NCBI RefSeq assembly: GCF_009914755.1
Contig: NC_060934.1
Source of the DNA: the human T2T-CHM13v2.0 reference genome, Homo sapiens
Reading direction: 5' to 3' (one strand)
DNA length: 64,000 nt
Both the position numbers and the translations under genes were made by a program. A model generated the notes under the pieces. It saw only the letters and a list, made by a program, of their open reading frames with translations. It made no database searches and was not told where the DNA came from. Positions 45,371 to 59,463 of this stretch are shown here, in pieces. Within the stretch, counting starts at the first letter, position 1. Each line of letters begins with the position of its first letter.

Positions 45371-46289
45371 CTTTATTTACTCTTAGTGTTACTAGTACCA
45401 CTGTTCTTTCGGACCCAAAGATGGAAACATTTGTATCATCATTAACATCCTGGCCTCCATCTCCTCTCAAATTCTATCACTGGTGGAGTCCTTTCCATGT
45501 TTCCTTCAGGACGTACCTTTCTTTCTAATTTTACTGCCGCCAGTCACCTTCAGAGAGTGGCTGGGGTTCTTTCGTGGGAAGAAATAAGCGTGAAATGGAA
45601 AGACAAAGCATTCTACTAATGTATTTAGTTTTTAACATTTATTGGATAATTATTATTTTTAGACCCCGGCTTGGGATGTGGGGAAGAAAAGACGACCTAC
45701 AGTTTCTATTTATTGTTTCTGTTCAATTTGTGCCACTTGAAGAGTCAGTAAAATGACGCCAAGACCATAAACCAATTCCAAAAAGTCAGAGCTGACTTGG
45801 TTCAGTCCCCTTTGAAGAGATAAGGCCTGTCATTCCAGAGTATGAGGCACAGCAGGCTGGTGAGTGTAAAGGGGTTGATTGGGACCTAGAATTATAGGCA
45901 AAGAAGACAAACATCTAAGTTAGAGCTAGCAGAGGGTGTCTAACATGGAGAATACGCATATGCTAGTCAAGTGTCCAGGGTCGGGGGATTGAGTGACCTT
46001 GGGAAACAAGAGTATTCCAGCTGATGGCTGAATCTCAGAGGGTCTAGGACCCCAGCAGAGGGTTACAAGTAGAGAGCACCAGCAACCAGGAACAAACCTG
46101 ATCCTCAGCCAACAATTGCCTCTGCCAGATGTTTTTTATATGCGTCTTGTTTAGAGCATGATCTAGGTCCCAGGTGGGCCTGCCTTGGAGGCTGCAGATG
46201 AAGATAATGAGGTTCTGCAAGCTGGAAAGGCATGGAGGCCACTCGGAGAACAGCCCCTGAGTAGCAGGTCTCTTCTACTTGTCAGTGTC

Positions 46290-46440
46290 TTTCTAGAGAA
46301 TAAATATCACAAGGGCAGAGAATGATGCCTGTTTTGTTCACTGATCTATCACTGTCTCTATCACTATCGCTATCAGCTGTCACAGTGATCGGCACATACT
46401 GGTTGGTCAATAAATATTTATTGAATGAATGAATGAATGT
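46290..46440 (+). mobile_element. L2 3' end
   Basis: agggcagag…tgtttttgttcactg…ggcacata…tcaataaatattta-ttgaatgaatgaatgaat. Confidence 0.8.
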
Positions 46441-48243
46441 GGTAGTAAGCAACAAATGAAGTTTTCAGAAGAAGAATTCTGGTGTCCCAAGAAACAATGC
46501 TTGGGAAAGTGCCTGAATCTCCCTCAATTTCTGAGTTTGTAAGTTCTGAATTTATTACCACTTATATATATTTTTAAGCACATGTTGTGATGAATGTTTA
46601 ACCATGACCTCATGTTCAACATCAATCTCAGGACTTGTATAATATTCCACATATAAACCAAACCCTAAAACAACATTGATAAGAAACAGGAACAGTTTAA
46701 GTCGCAAGGCCAGTCTCAGGAAAGGTGTAATGACAAAAATAATGGGAGTTGACAGTTCAAATCCTTTTTTTTTCATACCAGTGTTTAGAAATACTAGACA
46801 TTTTCCAATGAATGCTGGGAATTAGCTGAATAACTTTAGAAGTTAGTCCTCTGTTGAGCACTTGCTTTAACAAAAATATGGCTCAGGAGGACCAAATGGA
46901 GGAGAAAAGTGCAATTAATATATTCACTCATTTTAGGTCCTGTTTACATTTGCATCTTGAAGGAATTGCATTTATTATTTTAATTATTTTTTAAATCAAG
47001 TTTCCTGTCTGTAATTGAATCATTAATAGGGCTCTTTAGTCTTTATTGGTGACAAACACATCTATGTTTAAATTGCTCAGAATTTTCTAGTCAGATGTGC
47101 TAAGGACACATTCAGAAAGAAAACAAGTTTAAAACACATCTGTGTCCTTGTTTAGCCTTTGAAAAGCTACTTTATCATTATACATTTTGGGCATTTCCTT
47201 TAAAAATGGGTCTGGTACAACTAAACCATTTCCCAAGGATGTGTGAATTAACCAGTGGTTACAAAGAGCTTCGAAATGATGATGGACTATCAGTGCTAAG
47301 TCAAATTATGAAATTGCACCTTTGCAAAAATGCTATTGTAGGAATAAATGAATCTGAACGTGGTATTTACAGTGTGATTTGCTTCTGAAATAGAATATTT
47401 CTAATGGGCCTCTGCAGGCAACAACAAAGTGCCATCTTATCTCCTGTTGATAGACCACAATTTCAGAAAATTATTTTTACAATGGCATCTGAATAAGCTC
47501 CTTAATTTGAGACTGTTTTCCAAATAGATACATAGCTTATTACTTTGCTTACGCTGCCTTTGAGACACAAAGAGTGAGGTGGGATTCATTAACAAAATCG
47601 CTGTTGTCATTCCTTTGTGGTTTTTTTTTCAAAGTAATTTCTCTTCTTTACAAGCTAATGTTAATGAGCTATGTTGAATAAAAAGATCAGGTAAAAGCTA
47701 CTTTTGTGTTAGTGATCAAATCCGAGTTTGGGTTAATACTCAGGTTATCAATTGCACTTAAAGCACACCTCAAACTTGGTTTGCGGCTCCTGTAGTTTGA
47801 AGACCAAACCAATCACTCATGTATGGAATTTCTACTGACTGTGAATGTTATATTCAACAACAGCAGAACAATACATGTGTATTTCAGAAGACCACATTCT
47901 CAGTTCTTCTAAATAACTGATTAGATAAAATGCATCCGTTCATGGGTAAGACTAAGGTCTAGGTGAAAAAGTAGGCAATTCCTTAGAATAAATTTTGCCA
48001 AAACAAGGTCTAAAACGTCTGATACCACTTAGGGGTTGAAAACTGACATAAAACATGTGTCTCAGTGAAATATGAGTAGGAAGGAAGAGAAGGCTGTGTT
48101 GCAAAAGTCAAGGAGGGTCTGGGCTGGGCTGGAACAGCAGCTTGGATCTAGGGAAGAAGAAAGCAAAAAGTAGGGAGGGTCTTGCAAAGACCAAAGAAAG
48201 CCCCAGGGATCAGGACCAGCCTCAGCTGTCAGAAAAGACATCT

Positions 48244-48338
48244 CTGATTATTACACATTGTAGGCCTGTATCAAAATAGCTCATGTACCCCAGTAATGTA
48301 TACATCTGCTACATACCCAAAAATTAAAAGTTAAAAAA
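48244..48338 (+). mobile_element. Very short L1MA-type 3' end insertion
   Basis: gattattacacattgtaggcctgtatcaaaata…catgtacccc…aaaaattaaaag-polyA; TSD aaaagacatct on both sides. Confidence 0.8.
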
Positions 48339-48389
48339 AAAAGACATCTTTGTAATATGCTCTATGGCAGGAGGATTTTTTCTGGAGAA

Positions 48390-48540
48390 TTAGAATCCTG
48401 TTACTTTAGAGACAAAAGTGCTTAAAGAGAAGAGCTTCATTCCTCTCATTTCACAGATGAAGAGACAAAGGCCCAGAAAGTCTCAATACTTGAGCTCACA
48501 GCTAATTAGAGCTCAAGTGATTCCTAGAACTCAGGATCAC
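48390..48540 (-). mobile_element. MIR fragment
   Basis: ctcatttcacagatgaagagacaaaggcccagaaag…ctcacagctaattag…ctagaactcagg. Confidence 0.65.
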
Positions 48541-48752
48541 AATGAGTACCTGCGGGCATCACACATGAAGACCGCACCGTTAACTGAGCAAATTTCTTGA
48601 GAGAGCTACGGACATGGTCCACACAGGACGGGCACCAAGGAGACAAAGCTGAGGGCACAATCAAGAGAAGCTTCTGCCTCTGCCCCAGACAGTCTTTTGT
48701 CTTTCATCCCATGGAAATGGAAATGCAAACGTTTATTAGTTTATTACGTAAG

Positions 48753-48920
48753 TTCCTTCCTTCCTTCCTTCCTTCCCTCCCTCTCTCCCTCCTTTCTCTC
48801 TTTCCCTCCCTCCCTCCTTTCGTTTTCCTTCCTTCCTTCTTTCCCTCTCTCTCTTTCTCTCTCTCTTTCTTTCTTTCTATTCCTCCCTCCCTCCCTCCCT
48901 CCCTCCTCTCTCTCTCTCTA
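48753..48920. repeat. Polypyrimidine (TTCC/CT) low-complexity tract
   Basis: About 170 bp of almost pure C/T abutting the AluJ tail. Confidence 0.95.
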
Positions 48921-49200
48921 TTTTCAGAGGTAGACTGTTGCACTGTGGCCCAGGCTAGAGTGCAGTGGTGTGATCATGGCTCACTGCAGCCTTGAACTCC
49001 TGGGGTTACCGTGATCCTTCCTCCACAGCCTCCCGAGTAACTAAGACTACGGGCGCATGGCACCATGCTTGGCTAATTTTTTAAAAGTTTTTATAGAGAC
49101 GGTATTGCCCAGGCTGTTCTCAAACTCCTGGCCTCACGCCATCCTCCCATCTTGGTTTCCCAAAGTATTGGGATTACAGGCATGAGCCACTGTGTCCAGC
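48921..49200 (-). mobile_element. AluJ
   Basis: gatcatggctcactgcagccttgaactcctggg; diverged. Confidence 0.88.
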
Positions 49201-50237
49201 GTCATGTAAATCATTCTTTTCTATGGTTGCAGACAAACTAGAGAGGTGAGAAGGAGGGAGTGCTTTCTGTTTGTTTCTAAAATAGACAGATAACAGAAAC
49301 ATTTGGAAATATTGCGGAAAACTAAGTGTAAGAGAGTAACATTGAAGAGCTAGTAAGAAAGATAAAACCAGCTGTGGAGGCTGGGTTTGCCTGTTGTAGG
49401 TGTCATCATACATCTACTACTTTGCCTCTTCCTCTTGGGCTGGCATGAACACATTGTGCCACACGCCTTAAGAAACACTTAGGAAACACTGGTATGGAGG
49501 GAGAGGGGAGAGCCCAGGCAGCAGTGGAATCCTCTCATTGCCCCCTCCAGAAACAAGCAGGCCTGGGCTAGTTCCTCCAAGTAGCATCTTTGTCTAGGAC
49601 AGGAGGCTTGTTATTTTTCTGGTGGTATGGACTGACATATTTACACCATTCTTCAAGGAACGCATCCCATGTTAACTTCTCTAATGAAGAAATTCACTTT
49701 CTGCCTCTTCCCTGGCAAGCCTGCTGTGAAGTTAACATGTGCATTTACTGGGGTTGCCAGCTGGAACGGAAGCAGGCTCTAAATTATTTGTGTTTAATTT
49801 ATGTAAAGGTGGTTTGGACCTGAGCCCAGATGTGAATATACAATAGACCAAGTTTACAGAATTGTGACACAAAGTCCCAAGAGTTGTGGGGATGTCAGAA
49901 AACACTCAGCAATCAGGACGTATGCCTACAACATTAATACATTTTATGCGTTCAACTCCAAAACAGATTATGGAGACGACTGTAAGACAGAAAGAAAAAC
50001 TTTCAGCCAAGCACTATCTCTGCAGATTTTTTGAGATGTAGCTAGAGCTACTCAAATGTAAAAATTCAAGCTTTTAAAAATAGAGGTTTTTAGGGGGAAT
50101 ATGTAAGTCTGACTCACTACCCAGGAAAATGAAGGGTTTACCATGTAAATGAGAAGAATAAGTGAGCATTTTACAGTATGATTAAGTTAAGCCTTTGTCC
50201 AGAGAGCTGACTTGGTCTTCCTGTGCTGGAGGAACAC

Positions 50238-50339
50238 ACTGGAGAAGTCTAATTGGATGTCCATTGGCTAACTGGAGAAGACTCATTGGTTGTCAATTGG
50301 CCAATTGGAGAAGACTCACTGGATGTCCATTGGCCAATT
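50238..50339. repeat. 33-bp minisatellite, 3 copies
   Basis: a(c/t)tggagaag(t/a)ct(a/c)a(t/c)tgg(a/t)tgtc(c/a)attggc(t/c)a; units start at 50238, 50271, 50304. Confidence 0.93.
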
Positions 50340-51750
50340 CAATTTGGCAAATACAGCACCTACTATATGCAAAACACTAAACTCGGCTCTGAGCAGTAGA
50401 AAAACAATACTAGTCTCTGTAACTACTGTATGATCTTGGGAGAATAGTGGAATAATATTAATGATTACAACACAATACAGAATAGCATAAGGAACATGAA
50501 TGAAGTATAAAAACGGTTCTGAGAAGTGTCAGAGGACGGAGAAAGACCGCATTTACTTGGTGGCTGGTTATCAAAAATGGCTTCATGAAGGAAGCATCAT
50601 TTCAGGTAGAACTAGGATGATAAGTAACATTTTGACATGGAGTCTCAGGTGTGTAAAGGGCATTTACCCCCACCACACCTGTGAAGGAAACATCCTATGC
50701 ACAGGCATGGGGCTGGGAAAAGGAGGAGTGAGCTTCAAGAACTAGAAAGTGACCATTTTTGGCTAGAATAGATAAGGGAGCCACAGGGGATAAGGCCAGA
50801 GAGAAGGCCTTATCTGCCCTTATCTCCTTATTTGGCCTCCTGTGGCTCCCCTACTTATTCTAGTTAAAAATGGTTACTTCCTTAGGGAAAGCCAAGAAGC
50901 ACAGACCGAGGCAGGGAGGAAACGGGGAACTCTAAATGCTTCTGAGCAGAGGGCAAGAAGGAGGAAAACCTCTTCTGGAGGCTGATGCAATCGCTCCAGG
51001 GATAGGTTAAACAGTGTTTGCATTTGGCAAATAGCTGCAGAAATGTAACAGAAGAGATAGGAGAGACATCGTAGATAGATAATTGAGAGGCCTTTAAACT
51101 GACTAGATTTGGGGGACAAATAGGAATCAGGAGACATTCCAGAGTTTCAAATTTGGGTAAGTAGGAAATGAAGGAATCAGTAAAACAGAGACAAGGCAGA
51201 AGAGAAGTCATTTGCATAGGAAGCTGCAAAGTTTGTTTTTGTTTTTAATTTTAGGAAATGGTCAGTTCTCCAGGTGGTCAACATCCTCCAGAAAGAATTT
51301 GTAAGTTTGAGGCCAACGCTCACGTCAGATTCAGGAAGCTAGGTATTATCTGAGCCTAGTGGCTAAGATCAAAAAGCTTATTCAGAGGAAAAATTCAGGG
51401 CAAAGGCAAAACCTTGGCCAATGCCTACATTTCAGTGTTGGAGGAGAAATAGAGGCAAAAAAGAGAAGAGGTCAGAGAAGTGGGGAGAAAACCAAGATGG
51501 CACAGCACCATGAGATGCAGGAAAGAAGAAGGCCCCAACACTGGGGAGTTGCCAATTATGTATAAGGTTGCACAAAAGTTGGAGAAATCAGGGCCAAGAA
51601 ATGGCCAATGTTTTGAAGCATTAGAAGAGCCACTGGGGTATTTGATTTGAGCAAACATTTTCAGTCCACTGGAGGGAATGTTACGCTGAAGTTATGCTGT
51701 CATGCTGAAGACAGCTAAGTAAGAAAGTGGAGTTCTGAACTGCAGTCACC
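50340..51750 (-). mobile_element. L2 LINE fragment
   Basis: Starts with reverse L2 3' end (caaatacagcacctactatatgc…) and continues as purine-rich L2-like text (ggcttcatgaaggaag…tagatttgggg…aaaaccaagatggc…gcattagaagagccactgg). Confidence 0.65.
50747..50879. repeat. Imperfect inverted repeat, 41-bp arms, with a nested 9-bp inverted repeat
   Basis: Arms 50747-50787 and 50839-50879: 35/41 Watson-Crick pairs, no gaps; nested gataaggcc / ggccttatc. Confidence 0.9.
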
Positions 51751-53557
51751 ACTTTCAATACCTTGACAGTAATAAGAAAGAGAGAGAGAGTGTGAGACAG
51801 AGTGTGAGAGACAGAGATATATGAAATGTTTGCTTGCAAGGTAACAAGGTCCAAGAAGGATTTTGCTACTCACAAAGAGGTAGATCCTACAGAATTCATT
51901 TGACCCATAGAGGCCCATAACAGTCCCACAAAAAAGAAAGCCAATCCCTTCTATTGGGTCTCCCAGCCACATCTGTAGCCATTTGAAATGAAGAAGCGTT
52001 GAGAGTGCTTTTGAAGAGTTGCAGATATAGTGTGTATCACATAAGGCCATTCATGAGGGTGAGGTGGGGATAAGGAGCTGGAATAGTAACCTCTTCTCTG
52101 CCATGATCCCAAGCTCTTTCCTGCAAACATGCTCTTTGGTGTTGCCACTAAGAACCAACTCCCCTCCCTACTACTGGAAAATCTGTCATAACCAGAAATG
52201 CAGGAAGGAGATGGCAAGGTCAAAGGACAGGGGATACTAGAAATAGAGGGGAAATGATGTGAATGGACCATCAGTTTAAAAACATTTATTTCCCAGCTGC
52301 CTTTCGCTATGGATTTATGCTACAAAATCCATATCATTTTCTCTTTCTTGGAAAGGAACATAATGACACTATTTTGTTGAATGGATTGTCAAGGACTGGC
52401 AACCCTGTGTAATAACCACAAAGCTATTGGCTTGAATACTGCTATTTATGTATGGGTTGGCTTATGGTCTGAATGCACTAAACATATTTACAATTCCTCA
52501 AGCACACATGAAAGAATAATTTTTTTAAGTCATTGATGCTATTATCATCAAGTTCGTGACACTGAAATAGCATCTTCTATGAGGTTTTCCAGAAACTCCA
52601 TCCATCTAGATCTTCAGAAGGCTGCCATTATAACAAACTTAACTGGTCAACTTACTAGAACACTCAGAAATTCTTATTGGCTGAATGCACACTGAGCATA
52701 GATACTATCTCTGTTGTGTGTATGTGCAGTGCCTTGGTGCTTTTGAAATATTTATAAGTGTCTCCTCCTAAGGATGCAGACGTTACTGTTTACAGTCTGA
52801 ACTTATTTAAGGAACCAAACCTGCGGATGCACTTCCTGTTATAGTAATACCTAGGTCTTATTATTTATAAATATGTATGTGTCTCTTGTATTCATAAGAC
52901 ACTTCCATCTACATTAGCTCATCAACACTGTGTTGCTGAGATAGGTAGAGGAAGGAAAGCACTTTTGTTTCGGAATTAAAGCTGTGTCTAGGTGGCATTA
53001 CTCAGGCAGACTCTGATGTAGGCAACCTGGTCACTGTCACATCTTCCTGGGCTGTACTGGTTAACACTGTCAAATCCACGATGTTAATGGTGCCATAATG
53101 AGCCATTCACATATCGGGACCCAGCCCATATGACCCATCTCCTGTCTCACAGACAAGAATGAATGGCAGAGGTGCAATTATAACGCACATCCCTAATTCA
53201 CCAGAACTCTTTTTCACAGGGAGCTGCTAACAGGATCCCCTGACAATCCAAAATCCCCAGCTTGCGTGAATGAACTAACAGACACATCAGTTTGCTAGAA
53301 CAGCTGAAGAGGGAAATGGTGATGTCTGGAAGGACTGAACCTATGTATTCTAATAGTTACTCAGTAGTGTCCCCAGACACGAGCAAAGAAATTGGCATGG
53401 GGAGAAACGGGAAGAAGAATGCAAAGCTGTTTCCTAAGGAAAAAAGAAATGACAATTCCAATCAGTAGTAAACACACAAACAAACAAAATCCCTCACTGT
53501 TTCCTTAGCTTAGTGCCAATCGTCATTGAAAAATAAAATTATGGGCTGCCCTTTGTA

Positions 53558-53624
53558 TTAGGTTGGCGCAAAAGTTATCGTGGTTTTGGTGGCCAAAACC
53601 ACAATAACTTTTGCGCCAACCTAA
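53558..53624. mobile_element. MADE1 (Hsmar1-derived mariner MITE), internally shortened
   Basis: ttaggttggcgcaaaagttatcgtggttttgg-tgg-ccaaaaccacaataacttttgcgccaacctaa flanked by TA TSDs. Confidence 0.92.
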
Positions 53625-53759
53625 TAGCATTGAGGAAGGTGCTAGCACAGCTTTGGTAATATAAGGAACTCTAATAGAGCCAGGGCTGAAATATGTTCCA
53701 AACATCTGCGTCAGGCTTGGCAGCCTGTTCCCAGTGTAACTGATCATGGAAGAGGGTGA

Positions 53760-54121
<362 letters not shown>

Positions 54122-54213
54122 AGGACTTAGACACCTTTTCTACAAGAGGTTTGTAAAATGCACCAATCAGTGCTCTGTAAAAATGCACCAATCAGCGCTC
54201 TGTAGCTAGCTAG

Positions 54214-54703
<490 letters not shown>

Positions 54704-54769
54704 TGGGTCGGTGCCATCTTTAAGAGCTGTAACTCTCACTGCGAAAGTCCCCAGTTCCGTTCTTGGTCA

Positions 54770-55244
<475 letters not shown>

Positions 55245-55790
55245 TTAAGCTAGAGGGAGTGAGGAGGAGCGGATGTGGCCAGATTCTCTGAATGTGGACA
55301 TGCAGCCACCCACTCCAACACCCAGGGAGTGGCTGTCTTAAGTGCTTTCTGAAAGGTTGTCATCCAGACAAACCACCCACTTCAGCAGTTATTGAAATTG
55401 CCCCTTTCACTCTCTCTTTGCTGAATTTTTGCTGATCTCTTCTCCATATGACCTACTGTGGGTCACAGACGCTTCTCAGGGACACATTGCGGTTTTTCAC
55501 CTCAACTCTTCATATACCTCATTTTGAGTTCAATACAAGTGTCAGCTGTTTAAACTAGTGTTTACATGTGCAAAGCATTCTGTGGGACAGCGAAAGGTAG
55601 AAATGTAAGTAAGACATGGTTTTTGTCTTGCTGGGGTCTGCCACCCAAACGAGAGATGAACACCTGTACAGTTAGAATGAGGACTCTACGGAGATGGGTG
55701 CTGGAAGGCAAAATAGAGTGCTGCAGTCAGACTGTCACATTAACTGGAATTTGTCAACTTGACTGGCTGCCATCTTTCCAAAAGAGTTGA

Positions 55791-56100
<310 letters not shown>

Positions 56101-57179
56101 TAGAAATTTACATTTTATTTTATTTTTACCATCTTTTCTGTGACCAAATGTGTTAACAAACAAATGCCCACTTTTTCACTTTATTGGAGAATAAAAAGGA
56201 CAGACAACTATGAACTGAGATTTTTTTTAAAAGATAAAACAGTGATCTTAGTTAGCCAGGGGTTACCACATCTAAAACAGCCTAATCTCTTATCAGACCA
56301 AGTCAGCCTTAGCTCCTCCAGGTTTGTAGAGACTTGTGTCTGTTTTTTAATCTTTAAGTCAAGAGTGTGTTCCTTTTTTCTTTAAATGTAAGAATGTATG
56401 CCTTTAAATATTTTGAAGTGATCTATGTAAGATTATGATTTTGACCCCGTCTTAATTCTTTCCATGCCACTTCCTGGGTTGCTTGTATCTTGCATAATAG
56501 CTGCCCTGCTGGTAGCGTCCAACAGTTAAGAGAGTCAGACAAGGACTTGGAATCGTGACTATATTGACTGGCCTTTGCTATCTTCGGCTATTCTGGAGAA
56601 ATATGAGAACTTGAATTGAGAGACAGTTAGCATCCTCTTTCAGCCCGGGACTGGAAGCTCTCTCCGTGACATAGCAGTCTATCATAGAAGCAGCAGGCCA
56701 TCACCTCCAACCTGGCTGGCTGCTTGTACAAAGTATCCACCCAGATAAAACGAAATACACTGGAGCATCTGTTTCTTCTCAGAAAACTCTTCCATTTCTC
56801 CTAGGAACCCAGTGCCTGAGCAGTCTCCCTTTAACCCTTACAGAGCCACCGTGGCAAATGCAAGGATCGAAACTGTATGAATGAGGGCGCTGTGGGAGAA
56901 GAACACTTCCCTGCTATTTACCTGAGATTAAGTAGATGACCAGCGCTTGGAAGGGAATGTGGCCTTCTCACCTCTGGGCCTGAGAACAAGCACTGGACAC
57001 AGTGGTATCTAATATGCCCTTTTACCAATTGAACAGATCAAACCCATGTGTGGCCTGGTTGTCAGGCTTTAAATAAACATTGTATTTATATGCGCTTTGT
57101 GCTTTTAAACTCCATCAACAAAAAGCACTAGAATTTAGATATTTACTCCCCAGGATTTCCATTCCTAAGTTAAGGCAAG

Positions 57180-57499
57180 TTTTTATTTATTTATTTGTTT
57201 TTTTAAAAACTGAAGGATAGAGTCTCGCTCTATTGCCGAAGCTGGAGTGCAGTGGCAAGATTATAGCTCACTGTCACCTCAAACTCCAAACTCCTGGCCT
57301 AAGCGATCTTCCTGCCTTGGCCCCCAAAAGCACTGGGATTACAGGTGTGCACCACCACAATTCACTAATTTTTTATTTTTTGTAGAGAGAGGGTCTTGCT
57401 ATGTTGCTCAGGCTAGCCTTGAACTCCTGGCCTCAAGCAATCCTCTCACCTCCGTCTCCCAAAGTGCTGGGATTACAGACCTGAGCCACCACTCTGGCC
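57180..57499 (-). mobile_element. AluJ
   Basis: Diverged reverse dimer; gattatagctcactg. Confidence 0.88.
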
Positions 57500-57905
57500 A
57501 AGTTTCAATTGAGTGGAAAACCACCAATTGGTTGAAAGTTTCTATGCACAGTTTTCACAAGTGCTTATTTAATCTGAACTTAAAGTTCAAAAATTAAGTC
57601 CTTCCTCAGAATTAGTTGGTTTATACTTAAACTTTCCTGAGAACTTGTTAATAAAAGAGTTGCTTGAAGAAAAAATAAGCTGGTAACGTTTCATGAGAAT
57701 TTCCTCATTCAAAAAGCACATCCATGTGTGACTTTGATCACAAAGACAGAAAGATTTGTGACGCAGCAACTGTTTATTTGGGTTCTGTTCATATGACTTT
57801 TCCCAGCTTCAGGGATCTCAGCTGTCAAATGAGGATGAGAGAAAAGTGAGTGCTCATCCCCATAATGGGCACATATTGAAGACTCAACAGCAAGAGCCCG
57901 GCATA

Positions 57906-58069
57906 GGTTGGACATGGTGGCTCAGGCCTGTAATCTCATTACTTTGGGAAGCTGAGACAGAGAATGGCTTACCTCAGGAGTTCGAGACCAGCCTGGGCAA
58001 CATAGTGAGAAGCCCCCCCATCCTTCTGTGTTTTAAATAAATAAATAAATATGTTTTTCAAAAAAAAAA
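57906..58069 (+). mobile_element. FLAM / Alu left monomer
   Basis: ggtggctcaggcctgtaatc…caggagttcgagaccagcctgggcaacatagtgaga followed by an A-rich tail. Confidence 0.8.
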
Positions 58070-59463
58070 CCAGTCATAATTATTCCTTCCCAAACACTCT
58101 ATGATTATTTAAGTTAAAGAAGAAAAAAACAACATGTTGACCAAAGAAGATCTAGCAATAAAGACCTGGGCTTGATGAGGAGGAAGACCACGTTATAAGG
58201 CAAAAGTTCTCCATGAACTTGAACTCTATAAAGGAATTGAGTAGACGGAAGCCAAAATATTCTGTTTGTTTTTTTTTCTTCCTCTGCTCCTCTGCAGAAC
58301 TTAGTAGAGCTCTGAATGAATGTGCTTCACTTCCTAAGCTATCTATGAATTGTTTCAACCATAAGACACTACTAACTGCCCTAGATACCATATACAGGCC
58401 AATCAACCAGAGAAGAGCAGGAGAACCCTCCTCTCAAGGTGCAACGAACTGCCAAGCCACTGACTCTTACAATCAGGATGGATGACAAACACCCAGGCAA
58501 GAGGCATTTGGAACCTGATCCAAATGAATTTTTGTTTCTTGTTGTTCTTTAGGCTTAATGATCAGTCTAGATGAATACTACCACTGCAATTAGTTACGTT
58601 TATTTTTTAGCTTCCTTTACACACACATATGTGTTTGTGTGTGCGCTTCTGTGGAGCCATGTCAGCAGGCATGCAAGTATCAAGTTTTATGCTGGAAAGA
58701 AAGGAGCTGAGAATGTGCATGCCCGCTGAAGGCATATGTCTCACTTGGATCAGTTAAGTGCCTGCTCCCTAAAGTGAAATCTCGTTGGAAATGCCATGCA
58801 CATGTTGATTCAGTCTGATAAGATTTCAACCAACCTTCTCCTTTAGCTCGCAAAAGTTGCTTCCTTTAAATTACAGAAATGCCTAACACAAAACAACCTC
58901 GTAATACTCAAAATTCATTATGATCAAATGTGATTGCTTATACTAAGGGATAATAAAGAAAATTAATTTTATTAAACACACGAGGCTCTGTTCAAATTAA
59001 ATTTGGTGCTAATGGGGAAAAAAATCAAAAGGAAGAAAGCAGATAATTATCTGCCTGAGTAATAACCAAGGATGCTGCAAGTGGTAGTAACAACTTTGGC
59101 CAGCAGTTCTTCTGAGGAGGGTTCATTCTTCCACCAATAGTTTTTTAATTGAATTGAGCTTGGTGGTGGTGCCTCTCACATTGAGAAGTCACCAGAGATC
59201 AAAACCAGAAATAAAAAGATGAAGAAAAATACGGCAAAGGAGAATGTTTCTGAATTTGCTTGCACATAAAATCTGCATAATAAAGCAGGCTCCAGATTGA
59301 AAAGTTTGAAACAAAGACAAGATATTTCCATCAGTAGCCACTGAAAAAAATTAGAAAATGCATCAGTAGGATTCTGCTTTTTGATTAGAAATAGTACCTA
59401 TTTTTTCTATATCCACTCCAAAGACTTTCACTGTCTATGTTCAAGGATAGTACCCACAGGCTT

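Noticed and set aside
48597-48995. Ser/Leu/Phe/Pro-rich and Arg/Glu/Gly-rich ORFs
   Set aside because: Translations of the CT-rich low-complexity tract.
50238-50339. 33-bp repeat as a CRISPR-like array or repeat protein
   Set aside because: Units are contiguous with no spacers, the context is a human intron, and the ORF is short with a TTG start.
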